A DNA stretch of 59,810 bases, filler included, from Sphacelaria rigidula (taxonomy: Eukaryota), in assembly GCA_964200075.2 (NCBI GenBank). It is 10 parts of 10 records of this genome, joined end to end, with 100 filler letters (N's around TTAATTAATTAA, not from the genome) between each part and the next. Parts side by side here need not be neighbours in the genome. Positions count along the whole stretch, not along the records: positions 1 to 5,892 come from CAXNAA020023688.1; positions 5,993 to 11,883 come from CAXNAA020023689.1; 8 more parts are not named here. The stretch is one strand, 5' to 3'. The notes below the pieces were generated by a model. It was not told where the DNA came from, did not search any database, and was given only the letters and a program-made list of their open reading frames with translations. The translations under genes and the position numbers were made by a program. Below, piece after piece: positions 1-10,195 of the stretch; position 1 is the stretch's first letter, and each line of letters opens with the position of its first letter.

Positions 1-53
1 CTTAACCATCGGAGGGTTACGAGGTTACCAACTGAGCCACCGGGACGACCGGC
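1..53 (-). mobile_element. tRNA-derived SINE, 5' head fragment (cut by window edge)
   Basis: Reverse complement GCCGGTCGTCCCGGTGGCTCAGTTGGTAACCTCGTAACCCTCCGATGG contains the Pol III A-box TGGCTCAGTTGG and matches the head of the copy ending at 46859. Confidence 0.75.
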
Positions 54-76
54 TCGTTCTTGCTATTTGTAATTAG

Positions 77-694
77 TAACCACAAGCTCCAGCTAGATAA
101 CATGGCCGTGTGTTCATACATTTGCAATCGGTGTATGGGGTTTGAAAACAGTCGAAGCTGTTGAAGAGTTCGATTCGCTTGCTCAAGATTTGAGAGGGGG
201 GGCAAGAGGATGAGTTTTCGATTACTTCTTCTGCTGTCTCTCAACTCTCATCCGCCGATACCGTGTTGTATGTGGGGCTTGCACAGCAAAAAAAGCTGCT
301 CGTAAATAAGAGTCTTCTTTTGCCCAAGTCAAGGTATTTGTGGGCAAAATAAGAATTTTTTCGAACAGTTGCTGGTGTACAAATTCCACTTGCGAATGTA
401 TATGGTATTTGTATAGCTTTTACTGTTCAAAATAAATCCTTTTGGCCTGATTCCATCAATTTGAAATAAGGAATTATGTCGAACACAGCTGTAAGAATTC
501 CAGATTTCCATAGCACTTGTGCCTCCAAGAACAATTCAGAAACTTTTAATATCGACAGACCTTCGAGGGCCCCGGCATTGAAAATCCCCTGAAGGATACG
601 AATACCCAAGATCCTCTACGGGGGATTTTAAAACGGACGGAACCGAGGATGACGTTTGAAAATTCCCTACGAGGTAGCCGAATGGCCGCGTTTG
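77..694 (+). repeat. Interspersed repeat, probable DNA-transposon end (copy 1)
   Basis: Aligns by eye over ~600 nt with 31376-31935. Ends in GTAGCC..TGGCCGCGT(T/G)TG, the same terminus as the TIR of the 45958-46295 MITE. Confidence 0.8.
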
Positions 695-809
695 TGGAGT
701 TGAGTCAAGTGAAGAATTCTCGTTTCAATGCAATTGGGTCCAGATGGATTTCCAAGCTTTCGATCGAAAAAAGACGGGGAAATTCGTGAAACGGTACTGT
801 TTGCACTGC

Positions 810-1180
810 TTGCAAGTAGGGTGTTTTGAGTGCGTGTGTGCGTGCTTCGTGCAGGGGAAGACAAAGGGGAGGCGGACAAAAAGCAGTGCAGACAGCACAA
901 GACTATCAGTTCTCTTTGCTTACAACGGGACTTGAACATAACTTCAGCAACGTGTAGCTTTGTACACCCTGCACTGTGCACGCAACTCGGTTGCTCACCG
1001 TACCGCACGCAGTTCCGTCCCTGATGACCACCATGAGAGAAGATGCGCAAGTTCTCGTCAACAAAGGAAAAAAAAAGCACTACCCAACTACTTTCGTGTG
1101 TTTATCCCTATGCTCAACTTGTGCTCTATGCTGCAGGGTTGCGGTTGTAGCTGAGAATGAGTTGGATGGAGTTTGTATGG
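810..1180 (+). repeat. Diverged interspersed repeat (second copy inverted at ~30640-31030)
   Basis: Shared blocks in the same order: AAAGGG..ACAAA..CAGACAG..GACTAT, GGACTTGAACA, CCTGCACTGT, CAACTACT, TGCTGCAGGG. Confidence 0.6.
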
Positions 1181-1440
1181 TCATGTGAAGGGGTGTTATT
1201 TGGCGTAGTGGTCTTCAAGATAAGGGTCAAGTGCCGCTTCGTGCCTTTTGACTGCATGTTTTCGATCGGAAAAAAAGCTTTTTCACTCCTTGCATTCTTC
1301 TCCGCGCGCCGCTGATTATAAATTTGAGTTGAAGCCTCCGAGGAACATGAATGCGGTGGACCTATCAGATGGGACAAGAAAAAATCGATTGCACTTTTTC
1401 GATCGAAGAAAAAGGTGCGAAGACACGCCCGAAGGGTTAA

Positions 1441-1640
1441 CCCTTGGAGATGGCGAGAATAGGTCACCTGTTGAACCGGCATCAATTTCACTCGAAAAAA
1501 GTATAATCCAGATGCACTACCTGTACCACGGTCTAAGGGTCAACCGTTGGCCGTGGTTGGCCGTGGTTGACCCGCAAGGGCAGTCCATCTTCGGACCGCT
1601 GATCGGTACGAGCAGCTGACCCATCCCCGCGGTCAAGGGG
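1441..1640. mobile_element. Tandem ~98-bp TTAA-flanked (piggyBac-like) mini-MITEs
   Basis: TTAA|CCCTT...TCTAAGGG|TCAA (1441-1539), then a second decayed unit ending CGCGGTCAAGGGG|TCAA (1640). The first unit shares a core (GTCACCTGTTGAACCGGCATCAATTTCA) with the copies at 9996 and 54568. Confidence 0.65.
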
Positions 1641-2798
1641 TCAACTCTACTAAATCAAATACGATTCACACATTTGCTCGAAATTCAAGGATATTTTATC
1701 GAGCCGGAAACGACGGTTAATACAAATGAGGTGCCACCAGCCGCAATTTTCACCGAGGCGAGAGAGAGACCTCAGACACGCGCGTGCTGAAGATTTTCTA
1801 GGCAAGGCATGCGATGGCGTACGTCAACTTGATTTGTAAGAAGTTCTGTAAAAATAAGTTAGGAGCACTTGGGAATGTCAACCTCTCCGAATGTCCTCAC
1901 ATCGGTGTTGATTCGGTAGCTAGCCTGTGACAACGGAAGGCGTCCGCATTAGATGCCCAGTATGGATGTACCCCGCAGATATCGGAACGGTTTCCTTTGC
2001 GAAGGCAACCAATTTATAACACTTCTGATCACTTGGTCATCTCTCTTCAAATCGACAAGTCTATCTCGCATGCTTTATTCTACTTTATTTCGTATTTCGT
2101 CAAACTCTATTTCGGGTAGTTAGCCCGCGACAATGGACTGCGTTCGCACAGACACTCAGTACAGAGTACTGCGCCATCAGAACGGCTTTAATGTAAAGGG
2201 AGGTACAATCTTGCATGGATCCAGCATCGATACCAAAGAATCGATTCGAACCATCATCAGCAGTTGACCCACAGGAGAACCGTGCATGCGCGCGTCACAA
2301 AGATGGAGAAGTTCTTTTTTATTCCATACTTGAATCCCATGATCCGCCGACTCTTGTCGCGGCATCCTGTACCGTGCTTCGCGTCCCCTTGTCTTGCACT
2401 TGTCTTCTCTATCCCTGTCCTGACTTGTTTGGAGTGCCGACCCGTGTATTTCCCCTGGTTAACTATTTGGGAGGTTCTGGCTCGTGTTTCATCGTTCTGC
2501 GCTAAACTTACAAGAAATAGATACTTGATCCGCATCCAAAAACCATGCCACTTCCGAACATAAACTTGGCTTGTTGATTTCTCAACCGTGGGCAAAGTCT
2601 TCACCGTGGAACTCGGTGCACCATACTAGTCAAACACAACACAGACAGCACATGTGCACCGGACAACAGCTCCTTTCGGCCACCAAGCAAATTTCACCAA
2701 GTGAAATTCTTGGAACCCTCAAAACGGCTATCTCGCAGCCCAGGTTCTGTGCACCGTGAGTGACTGCATTTATTTGTAAACATCGCGGTGCACTGAGG

Positions 2799-3120
2799 GC
2801 CGGTGGCTCAGCTCGCAACCTCGAAAGCTGCTGACGACATGGTCGTGGATTCGAATCTTCGAGCGATCTGGGATTTTTCCTTACACGATACCCGACAGTA
2901 GAGGGAAGCGACTATGTCGTGGGTACAAGAAAATCGACTTCATGGTCGACGAGGGAAAGGGACAGCTGAACCCCCGTTGCGATGAAAGAGAACGGCAAGC
3001 ACCGCAGAAGTGAAGGTATAACCGTTTTAGCCCTTCCGCTGTGTGACCCGGCCGGTGCGCCCACATATACCGTAGACCGGCATCCAGAATAGACACTGAC
3101 TTCCACGGTTGGGACACATG
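2799..3120 (+). mobile_element. tRNA-derived SINE, near full length
   Basis: A-box-like GGTGGCTCAGCTCG and B-box-like GATTCGAATC. Body AAAATCGACTTCATGGTCGACGAGGGAAAGGG..CTGAACCCC matches 46620-46859 (minus) and 54715-54937. Confidence 0.75.
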
Positions 3121-4164
3121 ATGACGACTCAAAATCACCAAATCCACTATTTCTTCGGCATGATTGCTCAAAAGGGAGAAGAAAGTTGATCGCTGGTCGA
3201 AGGAGTATCCAAGCAATGTTTGTGCCATTCCACGTGTCTGGGCTGCGTGTGCCTGGGTTGCAACGCTGAAATACAGTCTAGGCATTGATTCCTCACGAGT
3301 TGACCCATGACACTTGAACCAAGTAATTCCCGGACGAATCATGAGACCGACTCTTCCTGACTTCCATATTATGAGCACCTGGGAGGGTGCAGTGCTGGCA
3401 AACATGGGTCAGTACAGTACTGGCACACCTTTTCGCATTGTACAAGAGTCATTACAGTATGGTTTGCGCAGAGATGCTCAGTACGCGTGTCGTCGTCGTT
3501 GCAAGTGGCTGAAGTTTTGGTCACATGACATGTAAACCACACAACAAGCGAATTTGTCTGAGTCTGGGGTTGGGCGGTGCAGTAGTGCGCGACGGCATGA
3601 ATCGAGCTCGGATTTTGCTTCGATCAGGATGCTTCTTCGTTTCGGCGCAGGACTGATCATGTTACCCACAGTTCTTGTTCTTGCTGGGTCGAAAACTGGA
3701 CCCGTACATGACGTTCATGATGTATTTTGAACTGGAACAGGCGACGAAGGCGCGAGTTCTCTCGATCTTAGTTTGCCGCTACCTGTTATATATACCAATT
3801 TCGGTATACTGTAGAACTTCCTTTTCTATAAAATGATGTTGAACGTGACAACGAGGTCCACGCCCAAAACAGTGCTTCCCGGGTATATCAGGGGATATGA
3901 TGGTTTCGGTCAGCGCTGTGAAATGCGCCGAAGAAGTATGTATGCGATCGACGGGCATTAGGCCGATGACGAAACTATGAGGCACCATCAATTGAAGTAC
4001 TGCTTTGTGCTTGAGCCTCATTTTTAACTGACGTCTGTCTGACAAGCTCCACACTCAACATTGCCGACCACCTTTTTGAGTTTTTCAAGCGGGTTGAAGT
4101 TTCAACAAGAAGAAAAGGAGAAATGCCTCACTTTCTCCAAAACTGATCAAAACGATGACAACGC

Positions 4165-4359
4165 TGTAATGCGTGAGAGGACCGCGTACTTGGAGAACCG
4201 CATCGGAATTTGAACACCCCTATGGTTATGGTTGGGGTTGGGGTTGGGGTTAGTGTTGGGCTTATGGTCAGAGCCCGATTGATTTTGAAAAACGTCGATC
4301 CTGGGGTGTTTTGAACTACGGCGCGGTCCTCCAACCACGCGGTCCTCTCACGCATTACA
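4165..4359. mobile_element. 195-bp MITE with TGT..ACA ends and 4-bp TSD (Ginger-like), telomere-like core
   Basis: Perfect 23-bp TIR TGTAATGCGTGAGAGGACCGCGT; ACGC duplicated at 4161-4164 and 4360-4363; internal GGTTATGGTTGGGGTTGGGGTTGGGGTTAG. Confidence 0.85.
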
Positions 4360-5892
4360 ACGCTCCGGCACATAAGGGCACTTGGGTCAACCACATCCTT
4401 GTAAAAAACTCTCGGTTGCAAGGGGTCTCGATATTTTGGTGACGGTCTTGCTTTTGGGGGGGGTATGGAACAGTTTCAAGTAGTACTTCTCCCTCGTGTG
4501 CGGTGATATACGACAGCTGGCTCGGAGGTTCTCTAGTTTGATGCCATATTGCAGCACGACGAGTATGGTCTTTTCTGGGCATGTCGGGCGTGCGCACGCC
4601 TATGCGGCGCAACGGTATATAGTAACTCCGCCGCATTGTGTGAAACAAAACGTATCCAGACATACTGTCGCGCGATGCAGGAGACGTACCCGGTACTCAA
4701 TGCAGTTCGAAAACGTCATCGCCAAAACTGCGGCGGACAAGCAGCGGCGGTGCCGTGTGTTGGCAGGTTAGTCTGCAGTTCACTGCAATATGCTCAAGTC
4801 GCGCTGATTCGGGAAAGTTGAGTAGTTGTAGTGTAGAGAGAGAATATCCTTGCGTCGAACTCAAAAACGAAGGACAACCCCAGGTACCGTTACGGACGAC
4901 TGCCACAACTGCTTGAAAAATTATGGCGAATGTACCCGCGAATGTACTGCCCGAAAGGACAGTATAGGGAAACAAACTGGGAAAGTCGGATTTGGGCTGT
5001 GATTGCATGGTGGCGCAGGGGACCAGGTGAAGCTCGTCACCGGGGGTGCTCTCTACCGTGAAACCAGAGGTGGTTTCTGCCATGTTGGCCTGTACCGTGC
5101 GAATGGTGATATGTACGGTTGACATGAAAGCTTCGTTGGGATAGTTGAAATATGGCAGAAGTGGGATGTATAGATCTCTCATTTACAGAGTAGATGTTCG
5201 CACACCCCTTCTCACAAAATATCAAGTGTCACCTCGTGGTATCTACAAGTTTCGGCCTGTTCAAACATAGACTTCCATGCACCTAGTCACGCGAACGCAT
5301 CGATAAAACGTCTAATCAGTGAGGTTTTTGTTCCCGCCTCCACAGCATACACACCCGAGAAAATCGTTCCATTTAATAGTTGGCCCTGAGACACGATGGG
5401 AGTATTGTTTATTGTTTATTTATTTATCTGGGGGCATAGGACACTCATGTCGATACCTCTAAACCCCACGGGGAGCTTGCCTTGTGGCGTATCCACCAAC
5501 TGATTTTCCCGCACGACCTTGTTCCTTTCATTTCCTTCGTCAGGGATGACATGAGCACGTCCCCTTCCCGAACATATTCACCGAGCGGAAAATACGTTTT
5601 TCCCTACTTTTGAGTCATTTGCTGCCGGACAACAACGGATCTATGCGCGTGACCAGTAGTACCCTACGACCAAATCAGCCCCAATGCTGTCACGAAGAAA
5701 ACGTCCATTCAGGGCATCACGGCTTGTTTCAGACTGCAAGAATCTCGAGCGTGCGAGTTCCGGGCTACTTTGTCTGCCCAGCTTGTCATTTTGATAAGAT
5801 TTTGTCTCCTCGAACCAGCAACTTGTCTGAGCGAGGGGGGGGGGACTCATTTGCTGCTTGCCTCAGTCGTTTGACCATTGACCACGCATCCC

Positions 5893-5992
5893 NNNNNNNN
5901 NNNNNNNNNNNNNNNNNNNNNNNNNNNNNNNNNNNNTTAATTAATTAANNNNNNNNNNNNNNNNNNNNNNNNNNNNNNNNNNNNNNNNNNNN
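5893..5992. other. Artificial concatenation linker (first of nine; others start at 11884, 17875, 23866, 29857, 35848, 41839, 47830, 53821)
   Basis: 44 N + TTAATTAATTAA (stops in all six frames) + 44 N, repeated at an exact 5,991-nt period. The sequence on either side is unrelated. Confidence 0.98.
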
Positions 5993-6075
5993 TCATTATC
6001 ATTATCATCATCATTATCATTATCATTATCATTATCATTATCATTATCATTATCATTATCATTATCATTATCATT

Positions 6076-6110
<35 letters not shown>
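5993..6110. repeat. Compound microsatellite (TCATTA)n(TCA)n
   Basis: Directly visible; explains the poly-Met/Ile pseudo-ORF. Confidence 0.95.
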
Positions 6111-6660
6111 ACCATCGTCGTTATCATTAATATCGTTAATATCATTAGTATCGTTAATATCATTAGTATCAATGATAATCATGAACATCTTGATTATTGA
6201 ACGCCCGTTGTTGGAAAACTGGTGTGAACTAATTGAAATCCAGTTTTTTGAGTGAAATGGGCAATCGAAGGCCTTGTTGCCATGTTCTTTCATTGGTACG
6301 GTCAGTAGGATACGCTTCAATTTTGGATAAGAGCATCTACCTGTGTGGCTGACTTCCGAAGCACCCTCCTACTTGTGCTATTCGTTCATCATCTAGATTC
6401 ATGCATCTTCATCCGGATTTGAAAAGTGCATTCCGTTGCATATTGCTGGCTACAACACAGTACTTATCGATCGATTGATTGATTGATTGTCGCACATCAA
6501 CTGATCCGCTTCGGACGCAGTCGCGGTCACGAGAGCAGTACGTTGTGATGCCAAATGTGTACCTTGCCGATGACTTCATTATGCACGCCTTCCATTTATT
6601 CTTTACAGTACCCGCCTGTTTCTTGCATCGTACCTGAAAAAACTAATATTGAAAAAATAG

Positions 6661-6738
6661 GCCGACTGCCTCCTGCACGGGCACTCGTACACGGCGCACC
6701 CCGTGGGCTGCGCGGCGGCGGTGGAATTCATCTCGCAG
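6661..6738 (+). CDS. BIO1: Internal exon of 7,8-diaminopelargonic acid aminotransferase (BioA domain, probably bifunctional BIO3-BIO1)
   Basis: AG|..|GTGAGA boundaries; 78 nt encoding ADCLLHGHSYTAHPVGCAAAVEFISQ, the HGHSY motif of class-III PLP BioA enzymes. Splices in phase 0 to the 9538 exon. Confidence 0.88.
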
Positions 6739-6979
6739 GTGAGAGAGGAAAATGAGACGCATATTGTATGAGAATTTATTTGTTTTTTCTATATATTTTG
6801 CAATTATAATAGTGATGAATCAAACACGAGGATGTCGTACCGTTTCGCCAGCGAATTATATTATTCATAAATCGCATGTGGTACGTGACACAAGAAATCA
6901 ATGTGGTACATATTCACTATTCGCGAAAACCCTATTCTAATCGAGTACAGTTTATGCTTGCAAAAAAAAAAGTTCATGT

Positions 6980-7100
6980 TTCTGGCAGGTCCAGGTCCCC
7001 CACCCGAAATCGCAGTTTCAACTCTTTCGCCGCGTCCATTGGGCCGTGCAGGTATGCTCTCATCCCTATCCCCTCTCTCAACCCCCTGTCTATCGCATAC
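6980..7100 (-). mobile_element. Non-LTR retrotransposon (LINE) fragment in the BIO1 intron
   Basis: Encodes GLREGIGMRAYLHGPMDAAKELKLRFRVGDLDLPE, homologous to GLREPVEMRPYLHCPIGAAKKLKLRFRVGDVDLRE in the 52490-53470 LINE. Confidence 0.8.
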
Positions 7101-7132
7101 CTTGGGGGGCGTACTCATTTCCTTCATACCTT

Positions 7133-7308
7133 GGGGGGGGCACTCACGATCTTGCACGCCGAAGTCATGACCATTGACCTAGCATCCCTACGAAGCCGAG
7201 ACGGAGCACACCGGGTTTTCACTGGACCAGGCTCGCAATCAATCGACAGGCGCGAAGCGCCGTGAATGTGCTCCACGAGTCACATGGAGGGTGAACTGCG
7301 TCCTGCTA
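7133..7308 (+). repeat. Unclassified ~170-bp interspersed element 'R1'
   Basis: G-tract + ACTCACGATC..GACCATTGACCT.GCATCCCTAC..GACGGAGCACACCGGGTTTTC..GCGCGAAGCGCCGTG..GGGTGA.CTGC.TCCTGCTAA. Further copies at 9250, 20505(-), 52238(-); partials at 5835, 20105(-), 36172, 47930. Confidence 0.85.
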
Positions 7309-9249
7309 AATTTTTTCGTTCCGTTTATACCTGGGGGAGGGGGAACGGGGGGTGATGTAACAAGCACGTTCTTGGCGTTCCATAGTTCCGGTCCCCCAGA
7401 CAGCATCCACGAGTATCATTTCCCACGACTTACAGCGTGCTGCTGTCGGGTCCCCACAAGGGACTTACTCTCCCCGAAAGCTACAAGCTTGTGAATGCTC
7501 AACCATCTGGTGTCCGCCCACGACCCTAGACTCTACGACTGGAGCAAGAGCACAGCCCTCGCGGTAGCCAGTGTTCTTTTGCCGTGGGAGAATGTTGTTT
7601 GTCGAGGACGTGAGTAGGAAAGGATATTTCAAGGTTACGCCGAACAATGATTCGCTTGAAAACCTCTTGCTTGCTTTTTAGTTGGTGCAATTAATTAGCT
7701 CATAAAGTGCGAATGCATCCTCGGGCTTTGTTTTCAGCGTCGTAACACCAGGTTCGCGCGCCCCAGGCACGAACGTGGAATAACGCAAAATTTACTAATA
7801 TTATGTTTTTGATCCGCGGTCAACTTAATTTTGTCTCTTTTCGAGCGATCACGCCTCAAAAACATCGTAAATTTGGTTATTCGATTCAGTAATGATAATG
7901 ACTCGTCCGATCGTCCTTGCAAAAATTGACGCATGTCGACGCGGTACTGGAGGGTTGATCCAACCCACAATCCGTGATACCTATATGTCAGGCATGAGGA
8001 TAGGCTCACCTCCCATGGGTAGGGGTAACTCAAAGTGAATTCAAAGATTTTCGCGCGAAGCGTGATCATGCCCGAGCGTTTCAAAGCCGACACTCGGCAA
8101 AAATTGAGGAATCTTCTGAAATGAGGGGAAGATCCATCACATGGGACATGTGTTGTTTCACCATGCTGCAGCACAAACACACTCACTCCCTCTCTTATAT
8201 GCCGTAGCTGTCACCGCGCTGTGGTGTGTTCGGACCTTTGCGAAGACGGTTTGATCTCCGCTGGGATTGCGTCAGTTGCCTTACTCTACCTGCCGTCGTC
8301 TTTACAGAAAATGATGAAAATTATGTTTGTCGGCACGCAGTGCTGTCTACGCACTGTTGTGTGTTGGCTGTTTCGTCTCCCGTCAAACGAATAAGGCGCT
8401 TCCCGCACCCATCGCTTCTATGCTGTAGTTGTCGCTGTGCTGTTGTACATCTAAACACTCCATGACGACATGGTGTGATATGCGTTGGAGAATGCCTGGA
8501 CGGTTGTACTGCTGCATGCCGTGTTGCGGTCTGCACAGAAGTGAGGTGGGATCAAAGTGCTCTACACAAAGTTGAAACGATTACGTGACGAGTACGCAAC
8601 TGTCTGTTGCGTCTTCTTTGGTACTCCAGTTGTAGTCCGGTGCTGTGATCGGAGAAAACACCCAAGGCGGACGCGTGCAGGTTGGGGCAAACAAACTGAG
8701 CCAGCACGGGGCTGCTGTATCCCAAGCGATTGGTGGTAGCAGCTGTCTGACTGGCAGCCGCGCAATGTGTGGGCCAACCACAACTATTTGACCACTCAAT
8801 TCCCACTCGATTCTCTCATCTGGTTGAAGAAAGGTCGCCGCATTTTGGTATATTGAGAGACTCTCATTTGGTCGAAAAATCGTGCCAGTCAAAATTGAAA
8901 ATTCAAAAACAAAAATGTAAAACAAATGCCGGAGGAGAGATGGGTTCATTAGTTCCTGAAGCTCCGAAGAGTAGGGACTTGTCCCGAGTAAAATACAAGC
9001 GAGTAATAACATTTCATATATACTAGTGGAAAGCCACGGCTTACGCACGTGGTAGCAGTGCCGCAACTATCCCGCGGCCGGTCTGGGGTGTATGGAGGTT
9101 TCGAACACGATAGCGAAAAACAAACCAGTGATCCTGGCACTGATCATTATAACGTATCGATACAAGATGACAATTCCTAATCCCACGGCTGACCGTAACC
9201 GCTACGAAAGAAAAAATGAGGCCTCACCGTTGGGGGTGCTAATGGGCTC

Positions 9250-9415
9250 GGGGGGGGTATACTCACGATCATGCATGCCACAGTCATCAGACCATTGACC
9301 TCGCATCCCTACAAAGCCGGGACGGAGCACACCGGGTTTTCGCCGGACCAGGCTCGCAATCACCAAGCACGAAGTGCCGTGGTGTGTTCGGCGAGTCGCA
9401 TGAAGGATAAGCTGA
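9250..9415 (+). repeat. R1 element copy
   Basis: Aligns with 7133-7308. Confidence 0.85.
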
Positions 9416-9537
9416 ATGAATAACATTTCATATATATATATATACATGTCAGCATATACTTACCCTTGCTTGTGAACAAATTAGCTGACTGACCCTGACC
9501 CCTACTACGCTCTTCCTATATTCCTTCCCGACTCCAG

Positions 9538-9692
9538 CTGGAAAAGAGCGAGGCTTACCCAGGTGTAGGCGGGCGTATGTCGGACGTGTGGGACGAAGAG
9601 GCGGTGGAGCGATTGTCACGTCTGTCGAGCGTGGATCGTGCCTTCAGCCTGGGTAGCGTCTTGGCCGTCGAGATGAAGTCCTCACACCGAGG
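9538..9692 (+). CDS. BIO1: Next exon of the same BioA / BIO3-BIO1 gene
   Basis: Branch-like CTGAC, pyrimidine tract and CTCCAG| acceptor; |GTGAGT donor. Encodes LEKSEAYPGVGGRMSDVWDEEAVERLSRLSSVDRAFSLGSVLAVEMKSSHR, resembling the W-D-E-E...G-x-x-x-A-x-E-x-K segment that follows HGHSY in plant/fungal BIO1. Confidence 0.85.
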
Positions 9693-9995
9693 GTGAGTGT
9701 TGTGTGTGTATGTGTGTGTGTTCGATTTATTTATTCATGATAGTTCTCGAGATATCCTGAAAAAAAAAGCTTGTCGATTTTACTTGATGTATCGATTGAT
9801 GATTAATGGTCGCACTTTTACTGACCCCCCAGGAGTCCAGCCGTGATCGCATGATAGACGTACCGAAGAAAAGACAAGACTGAAACACTTGCTGAGAAAA
9901 AATATGTGGTGATTTTTTACTATTGTTGTTATATCATTTTTTGTTCCCCGTCAACATCACATTCCACTAACTTTGACCCACAGCAAGCCCCTTAA

Positions 9996-10195
9996 CCCTC
10001 AGACCGCGAGGGTAGTTTATCTGGATCATGCATCATTTTTTTTAGGTGAAATTGATGCCGATTCCACACATGACATACTCTCGCTGTCTAAGGGTTAACC
10101 CTTTCAAAGCGAGCATAGGTCATCTGTTGGATCAGCAACACTATTACTTGAAAAATGAATGCATAGCCAGATGACTTACCCTCGCGGTCAAAGGG
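9996..10195. mobile_element. Inverted pair of TTAA-flanked ~98-bp piggyBac-like mini-MITEs
   Basis: TTAA|CCCTCAGACCGCGAGG..CTAAGGG|TTAA|CCCTTT..CCTCGCGGTCAAAGGG|TTCA. The second unit is roughly the reverse complement of the first, and they share one TTAA. Confidence 0.8.

Larger units (their letters stand above)
1850..5180 (-). pseudogene. Decayed KDZ (Kyakuja-Dileera-Zisupton)-like transposase relic; boundaries approximate
   Basis: Minus-strand fragments in the expected order: VECGAC then FVIGLMPV..AHFT (CxC-like GlfP motif, ~4060-3920); YMSCDQNFSHLQRR (DgNF catalytic-like motif, ~3535-3495); SCCPVH..HGEDF (C-x-R/V-H..GE, ~2670-2595). Many stops and frameshifts; interrupted by a SINE and a MITE. 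Confidence 0.4.

Noticed and set aside
2881..3405. 174-aa ORF as an intact gene
   Set aside because: Nearly half runs through the antisense of a SINE insertion.
5937..5948. TTAATTAATTAA as a biological motif or piggyBac target
   Set aside because: It is embedded in N runs and is part of the artificial linker.
9255..9350. Hammerhead ribozyme in R1 (CTGATGA and GAAA on the minus strand)
   Set aside because: CTGATGA is not conserved in the other copies and stem II cannot close (C opposite C).
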